A DNA stretch of 53,904 bases, the filler included, from Basidioascus undulatus (lineage: Eukaryota): assembly GCA_000826855.1 (NCBI GenBank). It is 4 parts of 4 records of this genome, joined end to end, with 100 filler letters (N's around TTAATTAATTAA, not from the genome) between each part and the next. Parts side by side here need not be neighbours in the genome. Positions count along the whole stretch, not along the records: positions 1 to 13,414 come from JTLS01000814.1; positions 13,515 to 26,925 come from JTLS01000815.1; 2 more parts are not named here. One strand, written 5' to 3'. Shown here piece after piece: positions 1-18,635 of the stretch. The stretch's first letter is position 1. Each line of letters begins with the position of its first letter. The position numbers were made by a program, and so were the translations under genes. The notes below the pieces were generated by a model. That model had not been told where the DNA came from, did no database searches, and worked only from the letters and a program-made list of their open reading frames with translations.

Positions 1-1050
1 ACGCCGGTGCGTCTTCCCCCCCACCCTCCCCATCATTCCTCACAGTGAAGGCGAAGGTCCTCCACACTTGATCTTGACGCTGCGCTCCCAGAAACCCGAT
101 CCGAGAAGCCCGCGCGCGCATCGCTCATGTCCGCCGTCGTACGCCACCTCAACAAGAACACCATCGTCATCTGCGACGCGCTGAACTACATCAAGGGCTT
201 CCGGTACCAGCTGTACTGCGCCGCGAGGGAGGTGGGGTCTATGAACGCCACGGTCAGTCCTCAGCGGGAGCTGGGAGGGGGAGCGGAGAATGAGATGGTA
301 GAGGGGAGGTTGTATGTCGAGCGCGAATAGATTGCTGAGGTCCTTGTCAATGTTTGGTGCGCAGATATGGCCTGTCGTGCTTCCGGAGCAGTGCGAGAAG
401 TGGAATGCGGCGCGGAGCGGGGAGGCGTATTCGACCGAGACGTGAGTGCTCAGCCACCGCTGTGTATGAGTAGCTCATCCACTGACGCGTGCTTTTGGTT
501 CAGGCTACGAGAGTTGGCGATGCGGTACGAGGAGCCGAACGCGAGCACCCGGTGGGACTCGCCGCTCTTCAGCGTGGCGGACGGCGAGCCGCTGCCGCTC
601 GACCAGATCTGGGAGACGCTCACGACAGGGCAGCAGAAGCCCGCGAACATCGGCGTGAAGACCGTGTGTCCCTTCCCCCTTCCCCTCCCCTCCCCCATCT
701 CCAACACCTTTCATCTCACCCCAATTGAACCCACGCGACGTTCCCAGACCCCCGCGGCAGCCCCGAACTTCCTGCAGCTGCTCGACGCGATCACGCAGCA
801 AGTAGCCTCGTCCATCCTCTCCGCCTCCTCGTCCTCCCCTTCGGGGGGGACCGTCAAGCTGCAGGGCGTGGACGTCCTGCCGCCTGGCGCGCTCGAGGTC
901 GAGCTCCCCCCGCGCGCGATTGCGCCCAGCCAGATGAACCGCTTCCGCAGGCAGTTCATCGCGCTGCATCGCAACGAGCCTGCCGTCGACGCGGAGAAGA
1001 TCGCCAGGTTGTTTGCGGCGTTTGTGGAGAATGCATTGCGCGAATCGTAG
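1..1050 (+). CDS. KTI12: KTI12-like Elongator-associated protein, spliced, 5'-truncated at contig start
   Basis: Spliced exons give SEKPARASLMSAVVRHLNKNTIVICDALNYIKGFRYQLYCAARE ... ELAMRYEEPNASTRWDSPLF, the typical Kti12 motifs; GT-AG introns at about 7-91, 253-364, 442-503, 664-747; stop TAG at 1048-1050. Confidence 0.9.
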
Positions 1051-1580
1051 AGCGTGACTGGGTTGCATGTTGCGGAGACTGCCGCTCGGAGGAGTGCTCT
1101 GAAAAGGTCATGCTCGACTGCCACGGTCCATAGAGCCTCATGCAAGGTAATGGAAATATGGAAATATTACAGTACAGGCCACGGCTTTCCACGGTGGATC
1201 ACATTGTGGCTTCACTGTTGGCAGCAAGCGGACGGAAATCAATCCTGTCGGCGCAGATTGGCGGCATGATCGGATGACAGGTGTTCACGTGTACCCCTGT
1301 GCCGGCGATACCCCCACCAACATTGGGCTTGGGTGGGCGTTCGTCACCCTGCTCTTGCACCGGCTCCTCGTCCCGAATTTCCATCGTATCTTGAGGGCAT
1401 CCAAGGGTGGTGACTCCAGCACTACTCTCCATCACCCGCTGTACAGCTCTCCTCTCCTCCTCCTCGGGACATCGACACCGGGACATCGGCACCAGGGCTT
1501 CCCACTTTCCCACGCGCCCACCGCTTGGCTTCCCCCTTCAACCGGCACCCCGGCTTCCCGTTGTCTGCTGGCACACGAGG

Positions 1581-2663
1581 ATGCGCTTCTACTGCAGCGA
1601 GGTGCACTTCTGCTATGGCCTAGGCGTGGACCGAGAGTCGCGTACGTCGCTCTCACTGCCTTCCCTCCCGCATTGCTCGCTCGCTCACAGCCCCCCACCA
1701 GTCTACGCCGCCGGCGAGGCCTACGCAGCGTATACCGTGCGCTTCCTCGTCCGTCTACCCTCTCGCTCGCAATCTAAGTCTGTCCCTCCCACAGCCCGTC
1801 GCCCACGCCCTCTCTCTCTGCGCCCTCCGCCTCTGCCTCTCCGCCTCACCGCTCTCCCTCCCGCCTGAGGTCCTCGAGCGAATAAAGGGCATCCTCCGCG
1901 CGTCGTGCCTCGCCGACGCGCACGCGGACATGGAGGACGAGGCGCGCACGGAGTGGCTCGAGACGAAGCCGAACGGCGCGCCGGATGAGATGGGCCCCAG
2001 GGAGAGGGAGCGCGTCATGGACAGGCTGCATAATTGCGAGAAGACGGTGCGTTGGAGGGTGTTTCTCTTTTCTGTGTGAGGAGGAGCTCAGGCTGAGGTT
2101 GAGCGAGCGGGCGTCGTGGGATCTAGTATCCGAATATTGGGTTTCTCCTGGAACACTACGGACTCGTCCTATACACCATGGCGTCCTTCCGCGCGCCGCC
2201 CAACCACCCCCCAGGGACTCTCGCCCCGCCTCTCGGAGGACCCTCCAAAATCGGTCCGTCCCCTTTCCTTTTCCCCCCTCCCCTCCGCTCAACCCCTCCC
2301 CCCCGCGCAGGCCTCCCTCTCTACGCCTCCACGCTCGACCTCCGGCGGCTCAACCCGCTCCGCACGCCCACGCTCAACCTCGACCCGCTCGACGAAGAGT
2401 ACGAAATCACCTCCCAGTCCGTCTCTGCCATCGACCCCTCCGCGCTCGCCGTCTCCCTGCGTGACGAGACGCGCTTCGCCAGCGCGATACGCGAGTGGGC
2501 GCTTGTGCCGCAGCACTCGCGCGATCGCACGATTACGCGCCGGCCCAGGGACGGGCAGGACCAGGTGGGCGAGGAGGAATTGGGGAAGCCGTTCTTTATG
2601 ATCATTCACTCGTACGTTTGCTTGAAAGGGGCGAGAGGATGGAAGGCAAGGGGTCGGTGCTGA
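1581..2663 (+). CDS. Hypothetical spliced protein with an F-box-like LPPEVLERI segment
   Basis: GC-rich coding-like exons (LPPEVLERIKGILRASCLADAHADMEDE...; LDPLDEEYEITSQSVS...) separated by GT-AG introns; start and exon chain inferred. Confidence 0.5.
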
Positions 2664-3188
2664 TTGGCGAGCGAGTGGACAGCGACGTGAGTGCCCCGGA
2701 TACGGATCTTTGAGGAGTGGGTGGAGTGATTGTGGACGCTCGGGTGGAATTGGTTCTTCCCATGGTCGGTCCCGCGATTGCATCAAGGGTTCGATGCACC
2801 CTGCGCCGTACTGACGTTGAGCATTGCTGTGCAGTACATGTAATATCTGGACTGTACGATGAGCATCTGTATTTGCTTGAGGGGACTTTCGCACACGGAC
2901 GGAAGAAGAGGCTGTCATGTATTCAGAGCTGGGAGCCGGCGTTCGTTCCCAAGTCACTGGACAAGTTGGACTGGTCTGGCCCCTTCGTCGCGGGCTTGTC
3001 ATGGCAGTCCCACGTCGGTGGTTCGCGCAGCATGCGGAGTGGTAGCGTTTATTTGACTGACTGTTGCCGGAAGACACAATAAGTGAGATGCCTCGCAATC
3101 CTGCTCGGCTCCTGCGGTCGCGATCGTGTCGCAGTGCTTATCGGTCACTTGGGGTTGTCTTTAATGCCTTGCGTGTCAAACTCCCCAA

Positions 3189-4770
3189 ATGAAAGCATTG
3201 AAGTTCCTGGGGTTGGTGGTGGTGAGTGCCTTTTGGCTTCGAGAACTGTCTTGTCTGTCTGAGGGAAGCACGTTCGATAGAAAGGCGCGTTGTCCGTCGT
3301 CACAACATGGATACCGTGCATCTTTTCACCCAAGGACGTATGAAACTTATGAATGTAATCTAGAGTAATGCACTGCTCTTCGGGCCTGCATGTTGTACCC
3401 TGGTCCTTGAGCGTTGAAGGCCTGCCCGCTTGTGCCCGCTGCCTGACACGAGCCGAGAATACTCGTGGCTTTCTAACTGCCTCATATGGCAGAGCCACAC
3501 TATGGAATTATGCCTCCTGGGGCCTCCAGAAGGCAAAAGGACAAGGTGCCGTTCTGCCATTTGTGCCGCCCAGGCGGCCGGGCCGCGGCCAGATGCTGGT
3601 CGACGGATGACAAACGCTCTTTCCTCTCCTGGAGTGTAGAGAGAACGGGCGTGTTACTCGGGCAGGTGACTGCCAGCTCCATGAATGCAAGTGTGCCGTA
3701 AACAGCTTCTAAAGTGTTGTAGCGCTCACGCCCTGCTCTCCTCTCAGGCTGGCGGCCCGGGCAGGAAGCCCTCGACGGCCATGCGATGAACCTCGGCCTT
3801 CTCGATCAGCGGCTCGCGCTCGAGTGGGTTTAGCAGCACATCGCTGCTTTCGGCAGCCACCCCAAGCGGGTGGGTGCTTTCTCGAAACGTCGTGCGGCCA
3901 GCGGATCACTGATCCCTTCTTTCTTCTTTCTCGCAGGTTATGCTGGTCGGCCGCCGGCGCTCAGTCAATTGGCTTGCACCTCATGCGAGAGGGCCGACAG
4001 ACTTTCGGGCTGTACAGGGGGGCTATTATGGAAAGTGGGAGCGCGGCGACGTAAGTCATCAACGGCCAAAGGCCAAAGGCGGTCTGTCACTGAAATTGTC
4101 CAACACGGGTTCTCGCTTGTTTTTACAGGTTTCCTGCAGCTCCAGCAGCCGACCAGCAGGGGTACTACGACGCTCTTCTCCTACCTACCGGCTGCAACTG
4201 CACGTCATCTCTTCGTCGTCCCTCGAGTGTCGTCCCTCGAGTGTCTGCGCAGTCTCGACATTGACACGCTCAGTCAAGCGGCCGCGGCTATGACGGACTC
4301 GGCGCAGTACACTTACGGACCTGTGTAGGTACTTTCTAGATGTCTTCCCTAAGAGCGCAAGAAACTGACAGTGTTTAACAGCGTTGATGGCACCGTCCTC
4401 CCTGACAACGTCTGGGACGGCGTGAAGGAGGGCAGATGGGCCACGGTTCCGTTCATCTCGGGTAGTGAGCGACTGCAAACGCGTCCTCGAGACCTACCTA
4501 GTTCTGTATTCTGAATGTCCTGCCTTGCAGCCAATCTAGACGAAGCAATAGGCGACATCCCCCCCGTGAATACTACGGCCCAAGTCGCACTCGTACTGCA
4601 AGCCGTCGTGCCGGTGTATTCTGCGGACGGGTCGCCAAAAGGCAGGCAGAAACACCCTGGCCTCGGTCCGCTGAGCAAGAAGACGGACTCCATCCTCGGC
4701 GACGGCGCGTTCGACGCGCCGCGGCGTGCTACGTTCGAGGTTGCCGCCGGTCAGGGTCAGAGCGCGTGAG
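3189..4770 (+). pseudogene. Decayed type-B carboxylesterase/lipase
   Basis: MNLGLLDQRLALEWV*QHIAAFG has an in-frame TAG at 3831-3833; the GxSAG nucleophile elbow (~3937-3975) is frameshifted; LYRGAIMESGS, LECLRSLD, YGPVVDG and VPFISG motifs follow; a signal-peptide-like first exon MKALKFLGLVV at 3189 is tentative. Confidence 0.75.
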
Positions 4771-6263
4771 GGTATCAGTTTACCCAGCAAGGGGAAGGCC
4801 AAAATTGGTGGTGAGCCTCTTCAGTGGCCCGCGGACTAGGCTCCTAATGAGAATATAACATTCTCGCGACGCCAGTTCCTCATGCCGCCGAGGTTCGCTC
4901 TGATCAGTAGTACCATGGCAGCGCAATTCCGTCCGGTCCTGACATCCCAAACCTTACCAGACTGTTCTCCATCCCCACCGGGCTGACCGTCGGAGGACGC
5001 AATACCACCGTCACGCTCGAGTCTGAGGATTTCTCTGGCAGTATAACCACGTACTGGTTCGTGCCCTCTGACTATCTCATTTGCGTTTCCCAGGCCTACA
5101 GCCCTGTTTCTCAGGTTAAACTTCGTGCACCACCTCGACCCAATTCTTCGTCTCGTACGCTCTCTGGCATACCATTGCCCCAAAATAGCCGCTGACTCGT
5201 GGAGTACAGTGCCTCCCTGGCCACAGTAGGGCCTCGAAGCCTCGCTGCTTCAGCTCGAGGACGACAACATAATTCGCGACGATTATCGGCAGGAGCAGAT
5301 TCGCTTCCACATCGACAACCCATACGTTTGAAAGCCTCTAAGTGCCTGTTTGGCTAGCTTCGTAAAAAATTGCTTCATTATGCGCCGAGCGAAGACATGC
5401 AGTACGCATGTTTGGCAAGATGTCAATGTTTACTGGCAATGGGGAATCTTGTAAACAAGCAAGACTAAGAAGTTGCTGTTAGGGAGTATAGGTACATGTT
5501 TCCACCGTCCAAGAGTGATACACGACCGTTGCCGTGGGGCACAGCGACAGTCCGTCAAGTGAAAGTGCACCTCACTCCTCACCAGGGTTCTTCACTACTC
5601 CTGTCAATTGGTAGACCTGCAGATAATGAGACAAGTGCAGGGATTCCGCAGTGTGCGGCCCTCCGACTGCGCTTACGGGTCTGATCGCAAGTGGATTCAT
5701 ACTTTTACTGGCCTACAAGTACCAAGCGACAGTTGTTGGCCAACTTGGCACAGATGGCCCTGGAATGAGTTTCCCACGATCTATTCTCCACGCAGGCTCC
5801 GAGGGGATGTATGTCGAACGTCAGACCGGAGCACGGGTGAGTCCCGGTGACCTTTTGGAGCGCCTCTCACAGGGGAAGGCACACTACTCCTTACCACTCA
5901 AAAGGCGACCGTCCAACGCAGCCGAGCGAGTTTACGGTTTACTCGGGGTTTGCACCTGAAGACTTTCAAGGACTAATGAACTTCTTCCGTCACTGACAGA
6001 CAAAGGCGACAACAATGCTATGCAGCCGCATGCTCCTCTGCTGTCGACGCGTCGACGTACGCATCAGACCAACCGCAAGCGACTGCTTTCAAAACAGCGC
6101 CATCTTAAAAGAAAACCTGCTATGAAGAATGCTTCACATAGCTAGCTAGAGACGGTGGTGGTGGTACAGTAGAGAAACAAGCAACCCGCCGTGAATAGCC
6201 AGCGAGCAGGCTACACCAAGCAAAAACCTTCCAATGTCCAATGCGCTCGCCCGATTTCCATCC

Positions 6264-6572
6264 TCAGCGCTGCCAGCTCGCGCCCGCAGCTTTCGACGAT
6301 TGCCAGTTTGGCTTGGGGGATTGGCTTCCGGTGGAGTACGCCGGCCCGCCGGGACTCGTGGGGGAGTACGCGGGCGAGGCATCGCTGTAAGACGGCCACG
6401 TGGGGCTGTAGGACGGTGAGGCCGGGCTGTAGGACAGGAGGCCGGGCTGTAGCTTGGGCTCGTCGGCGAGTATTTTGGACTCGCCGGCGAGTACGAGGGG
6501 GAGTAATACTGGCCTTCCGCCCAGTACTTGCCAGTACTTGAGACTCGTCGGCAAGTTCTTTGGATTCGCCAT
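6264..6572 (-). pseudogene. Detached, decayed copy of the RNA polymerase II CTD (YSPTSPS heptads) and C-terminal tail
   Basis: Minus strand reads YSPSYSPASPKYSPTSPSYSPAS, frameshifts, then SYSPASPSYSPTWPSYSDASPAYSPTSPGGPAYSTGSQSPKPNWQ...WQR*; upstream heptads are degenerate and include a 10-bp duplication (ccagtacttg x2, 6521-6540). Confidence 0.8.
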
Positions 6573-7233
6573 GAAACGGGTTCACATTTCGGCTTCATAC
6601 CTGAGAGAATTTGAAGTTACATGGACAGATGGAGTGTCTCCGTAATGTTAACGAGCAAGCCTGAGTTGCTTCTCAGTCCTAGAACCATTCCACCCCGAAG
6701 TACTCTGCAGTCTCTGACCATCCTTGTCCAGCATGATGGTATAACGTACGTGAAACTGCCTGAAACTTTATGGTCCTGCACGTCTGCACTCATGTAGAGG
6801 TGAAAGCCAAAGCAGCAGTATTCGATCCGTTTGGGAAAATCCATGAAGACAGCTTACGTAACCACTGGAGGCGCGCCGCCAAAGGAGGAGTGCCAAAGGG
6901 CGCGACTCGCTCTCCCAGCCGCCCTCATCACTCTCCAGGCTCCCTCCCTCTCTTCTCGGTTTGAATTCCCTCACGTCCGTCGTACTCACCTCAAAACCGA
7001 GAATCCGCCCGTCAGAGACTTCGGTCACCGCACCGTCGCCGCTCGGCACCTTCTCGCTCTTCCCGGCGCAGACCTTCATTGGCCACGCGTCGCCCGCTCC
7101 CTCCCACCGCCACCCGTCTTCGCGCACCTCTCCCCGGTGCTTCCCGCCCGTCTTCCCCGTTTCTGAAACGCCTTTTCATCTCGATACCGCCACTTCGACC
7201 TTTCCGCCCTTCGACTGATCGCTTTCGGTCGTC

Positions 7234-13414
<6,181 letters not shown>

Positions 13415-13514
13415 NNNNNNNNNNNNNNNNNNNNNNNNNNNNNNNNNNNNNNNNNNNNTTAATTAATTAANNNNNNNNNNNNNNNNNNNNNNNNNNNNNN
13501 NNNNNNNNNNNNNN
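13415..13514. other. Artificial contig linker N44-TTAATTAATTAA-N44
   Basis: Six-frame stop spacer flanked by 44 N on each side; identical at three places. Confidence 0.98.
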
Positions 13515-14099
13515 CGTGCAGTGGATGGTAGGTATTCAAGAGTTGGGGGTCACGAGAGCCTGTTCGGAGATAAAGCGAGGTGAAGCGGATATCTCAACTG
13601 TCACCTTGATCAACGTTCTTCTGTCGAGCTGGTACGGGTCTAGCTTTCATGAGCAACATTGAGAGAGCAGGAACATCTGAAGTCGACGAGCTTTTGTAAG
13701 AAAGCTGCCGTGGCATTCGTTCCACCGCGTCAATCAGAAAGCTCATGATGCATGACCCGTTCTGCTTCCCGCTTTAAATTTATGCCCGACCATTCTTCTG
13801 CAAGACTCTCGGAAACTATAAGCTCCATCTTTTTGTGGAATCTAAAGGATTCTCACCGGTTGGGCGAAAATCAGCTTGTTGATAGCCGCATTGCGTTCGA
13901 TGACGCGCTGCATAATTGCAGAGGGTACACCAAGTCTGCGACCCGGTCGATTCCAAAATTCATTAGACATCTTGTCCTCAGCGTTGACTACCACGAGGTA
14001 CCTAGTCTAAGGAGTGCTAAATTGATAGGTCAAGTCCTCCGGTGACCGAGGGCTTGCAAGAGATCTGCGCACGGGTTCAACTTCTCGGCCTCACTGTGC

Positions 14100-15050
14100 T
14101 CAGTCCTGTGTGGGAAGGACATGGGAAATGCGGAGGAGTCCATCAGGCTCTCGCCGTGGTCCCCATTCATCCCGAAATGTCGCATTGCTCGAGCAGCGAG
14201 TCCCGATTGATCCGGTACTCGAGGTAGCTCTTCCGCTTAACGTCGTAACGCTGGAACTTAACTTCCCTTCAGGCAGGAACCTCTCGGGTTGAATTGGAAG
14301 GAGCATGAAGCGGGGATTGTCGGGAAGCTGGGATAAGAAGCAGCTGACGTGAGGCTGTACCCATAACATTATGACTCCAAGCCTTCGAAGACACTTCTGG
14401 AACTGCATCCCCGGGTCTGGCATCTCTTCGGACAGGAGCCACTCGCCCTTCTCTAGATCCGAGCGCAGGATACGACACATATCCGCTGCTGTACCCTCGT
14501 CGACCATAATGCGGAAGGTATAGTACCTCACCGTGCCGTCAGCAAGTTCATGCTGACTGAAATGGAACGGTTCCGAGCTGCAGCAGGGGTCTTACCTGTA
14601 CCTCTCAATCATCAGGGACTGATGCCGACATAAAGGACGTCCACCGCAGGCCACTCACGACAAGTTCCCCCAGAAATTTGTCCTGGAAATCGGAGACCAC
14701 ATGAGCAGAACGATCGCGCAGCTCCCTGCGGGTTTAGCATCCTGGGTCTCTCTGCTACGCCCACTTCCGGAGGTCTTCGGGAAGCGGGGCTGCAGCGTCT
14801 GTGTCGAAGGACGGCCACGCTGCCACGTCCGGATCCGGCCCACCACCAGCCACGGCCGGATTGACGACGGCGTGTAAACAGGGCGATCTTGCGCAACCGT
14901 AAGATGTGAATTCTTTGATACAAAACCCGGACATTCTGTGATGAGGATCAGGGAGTGGACAGACGGGAGGGCAGGCAGCGGAAACAATAGGAGGACGGTG
15001 CACATTGGCAGACGTCACGCCTTCTAAGTCTACGAAAACCACATCGCCGC
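14100..15050 (-). CDS. Possible hypothetical or degenerate spliced gene
   Basis: Coding-like exon YYTFRIMVDEGTAADMCRILRSDLEKGEWLLSEE... with plausible splice sites, but upstream exons do not join in one frame without a stop. Confidence 0.25.
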
Positions 15051-15582
15051 TAGATGTTGTTCCTCTCTGCTAAACTGCGGGATTGCATGAGAATGAGCGA
15101 ACCCAACCGGCATCAAGTGGACGGCGGAGGGCTAGTACGCCTCAAAAGCTCGCGGGCATCGCGTCGGTGCACACAGCCACTGATGCACTCGTTGCAGGTA
15201 CACCCTAAGACAGATATCCAGCTTCAGGTTCAAAAACAAATGGGTGGGTGGGTGAGGGGAGGGGATGTTATGTTCAGCCAGTGCCTCTCCTGTTAATCTT
15301 TCGCATCCATGCACGCGTAGTACGTGCCGCTTGTCGAAGCGCATAACACGGCGCATGTACTGCTTGACCGGCGGACACAGCGTAAAGGTTAATTGAACAT
15401 TAAAATCGTATAATGGATCTCAAGACCCCAACAAAAAGAAAAAGACCAACCCGGTCGGAACGCGGGAAAGAGCGATGCAAGCAAGCACCGAGGCAAAGTA
15501 GTATTGTCCGCAAGGAGGAGCGCGTGGCAGACCTCGACGTCAAAGAAGATGTCAAGGAAAGTGTTCAAATTTACTCTACCAT

Positions 15583-17009
15583 TCAAATGAGTGTGTTCGG
15601 ATGTAAAGCGGAATACCCAACGAAAAGCGGCGGGTGAAGCGACGAGACCCTCGAACCATCCCACCCAGTCTGCAGCGCCCGGCTCTCCCGCGCCTGCCAT
15701 CCTGGCCCCTGCGATGTCTGCGCCTGCGTACGCTTGGGCAACTCTTCCGCCCGCGGCGGGGGACGGGACGTATATGTGGGCGGCGCTTTCGGTGCAGGCC
15801 CGACGTACTGCGGGGGCAGGACGGGCGGGAGACTTTGGACAAATCTCCGACTAGTGTAATGACCCGGTTTCTGCGGGAAGTACCGCGGCGGGGAAGGGGG
15901 ACAGATGCTCGGGTTCGGCAAGCCGGGAACGAACGACGGAAGACAGCCGTCCGAGAACGTCGTCGCGGGGCTGGTAGGGCGCATCCTGCGCTGCGGAAGG
16001 AAGAAGAAGGGTGGTGGTAATTTAACGCCTGTAGTTGCTTGAACGGGGCTGCGCGCGGGCGAAGACCCAGATGAGTCCGTGCTGCACGCCGAGAGGGCGG
16101 GCGTGGGTGCGCAGCGCAGAGCGACGACTGGACTGCAGCTGCGGCTCTGCGGGGGCTGGGTGGGCGGCGGTGGGCGGCGGTAGGGATGGTAGAGCATTAC
16201 GGGTGAAAGCGGGCGAGGTGGAGAAGGGGGAGATTCTGCACCCGAGGAATCGCTCGACGGGCTCGGAGGTGAAAGCGCAGCGTCGCCATAGCGCTGCGAG
16301 GTCCTCTGCACCCTCCCAAAACGCCGACACATCCAATTATCCGCCGTTAGACCAGCACTTTACCATAATTGCTCGTTTAGCGCACCTTTCCATCCATAAA
16401 CATGAAGTTCCACTGCTCCTCAAACCGCTTCGCCCTCTCTCGGTCCTTGATGCTCGGCGCCGGAGGAAGGATGCCGGGCGGAGGCGCGGTTGTCACCTCG
16501 TAGTCGCATGAAGGGTACTGGGGTACGAATATAAAAGGGGTCCCAATCCAGTCTTTGCGCTGCTGCGCCGACCGCGCGGGCGGTTGAAAGGACTCGTCGT
16601 CCGGGTAGAAAACCGGACCGCTGCCGCGGGAGTGATTCCAGCTGAGGTGGAAGTGAGAACATGCCAATATCCCGAGGGCAAGTCTTCAAAAGATTGTTGG
16701 ACATACTTGAGGATGTAAGCGAAGTGCCCACAGGTGAGGTTCTTCGCATTGCAGCGCCCGCAGCCCACCCCGTTGTTGACCATCCGGCAGGTTGACTTGC
16801 CTGCCGAGCACCAACCACACTTCTTAGTAATCCACCGTCTCTCAAGTAGTTCGGTCGTGTATGGACCAGAGCGAGGCAACCCTGGAACAAAAAGAAGCAC
16901 AGGAACGAGGGATCAGCAGCGGAGGGAGGAGACGACGCTCACTCATGCGGCAATTCCGGCATCCTTTCGTCCCCTTGGCAGGAGGGCCCCGTACTCTGCG
17001 CGAAGACAT
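15583..17009 (-). CDS. Putative Zn(II)2Cys6-like protein with Pro/Ser-rich C-terminus
   Basis: Spliced MSSRRVRGPPAKGTKGCRNCRM/RLPRSG...; CGWCSAGKSTCRMVNNGVGCGRCNAKNLTC matches C-x2-C-x6-C-x8-C-x2-C-x6-C; GTATGT...CTCAG intron restores frame into NWNHSRGSGPVFY. Confidence 0.55.
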
Positions 17010-17701
17010 GGCCAGTCTAAAAGGTTGGTAAACGGTATCCACCCTATGGGTGGCAGCGTTGAAGACGTTCGAAGGCAACAAGCGGTCGTCCTTTCCGAAG
17101 TTCTCATCATGAGTCGTACCCAAGTCTCCGATAGCCCACCGGCGTGAATTACGTAACAGGAGCTCATATCGGAAACGGCCAGAACTTTGGGCAATAGTGA
17201 GTCTTGAATGGGGTCACGGCTTTCATGATTTGTTGTCGCAGCCGCTCCAGCCGTTGCAGTCCCGTGGAATGCAAGGTGAGCATGCGCAGGCTGGCGTTCG
17301 GTGCCGCAATCTCGTGCTTGGAGAAGCTCTCGCGGACACTTGAAGGTTTAAGAGAAAGTGCGGAGTCCGCAAGCGGCATATTTGTGCATGTTGCGCAACA
17401 TGATCTGAGAAGCAATTCACGGCGGAGCGACGGCCGGCAGGCGTTGTCCCGCAGGCTCGGTTCACCGGGAGGTTTGTTTGCACGTTGCGCGTCCACCTTC
17501 TAGTTGTTAGCTTAGGACTTATTTCCCTGTAGCTCATGTGAGCCGGCAGAGCGGCTGCTGAGAGGCAGTACGAAGTGCATAAAAACCCACTGACCCGTTC
17601 ACAGCGCTCATCCTTCCCATCACCACTTCACTCCTTCTGCTTCCCAGACCCAGATAAGCGATACACATTTTCTGCCTTCTCCAATCCCCATCCCTTCAAT
17701 A

Positions 17702-18243
17702 ATGCGCACCGCTTTCTTCTCGGTCTTCGCCGCCGTCGCCGCCGCTGCGACCGCCACCGCTCTGCCCGAACCCAACAACTTCCTCAAGCGCACTGACGGC
17801 GGCCGCTGCAACACCGAGGAGGTTTCTTGCTGGTAAGTCTTGACCTCTTATTGACGTATTCTCCGACTCGCGGCACTGATAGACGACCTCTCCAGCAACA
17901 CGGTCAACAAGGCCGGCGACGTTTTCGGCGCCTTCGGTGGGCTCCTCGGCCTCAACGTCGGCAGCCTCGGTCAGGTTGGCCTTAACTGCATCCAGGTAAG
18001 TCACAATGATATCGTTTCAATAATCCAGGAATTTTAGTCCAATAACTCTGGTCGTGACAAAGGTACCGGTCATTGGCGGTGCGCTCGCCGGCACTTGCAA
18101 CAATGCGCCCGTCTGCTGCGAGAACGTTTCCCAGAACGGTCTCATCAACTTGGGCTGCTCTGTAAGTATTTAGCGATGTTCTACATTCGCAAAGAGCGCA
18201 ACCGGGCTGATGTTGAGTCGCATTGCAGCCCATCCAACTCTGA
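17702..18243 (+). CDS. Class I hydrophobin (4 exons)
   Basis: Signal peptide MRTAFFSVFAAVAAAATATA; eight-Cys pattern CNTEEVSCC...GLNCIQVPVIGGALAGTCNNAPVCCENVSQNGLINLGCSPIQL*; three GT-AG introns. Confidence 0.93.
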
Positions 18244-18635
18244 ATTACGCCGCAGATTGGTATCGACCACAACCATATGGGAAATGGAAGAGAGAATTTA
18301 TCACGGGACTATAATTAGTTGTGTCGAAGCATCAAAGTGGGTCCGCGTCGATAATAAATCCCATAGTGAAGGGATGCAACGTGGTGCCGCAGTGCGATGC
18401 TATGCACACCGTTAATGGTAGTGAGGTTAACTTTGCTTTCGAGCCTTGTGCCCACAACGTGTCCAGTTGCCTTCGGCCGCATCACGCTGCCCCACACTGA
18501 ACGCGAATGCAGTCGAACAGCCGAGTCACTGTGAGTGGCAAGCCGTTAAACGGTTCGAGCAGAGCGAAAGGGAGCAGGCCAGGGAGGAAGCTCTCCAGCT
18601 CAGCCGGAAACGAAGCAACCAAAAAATGTTCATGT

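Noticed and set aside
2786..2802. AGGGTTCGATGCACCCT T-loop-like hairpin as a tRNA fragment
   Set aside because: Loop geometry is wrong and no acceptor, D or anticodon arm lies nearby.
13459..13470. TTAATTAATTAA palindrome as a biological site (also at 26970 and 40462)
   Set aside because: Identical six-frame stop spacer embedded in N runs; an assembly linker.
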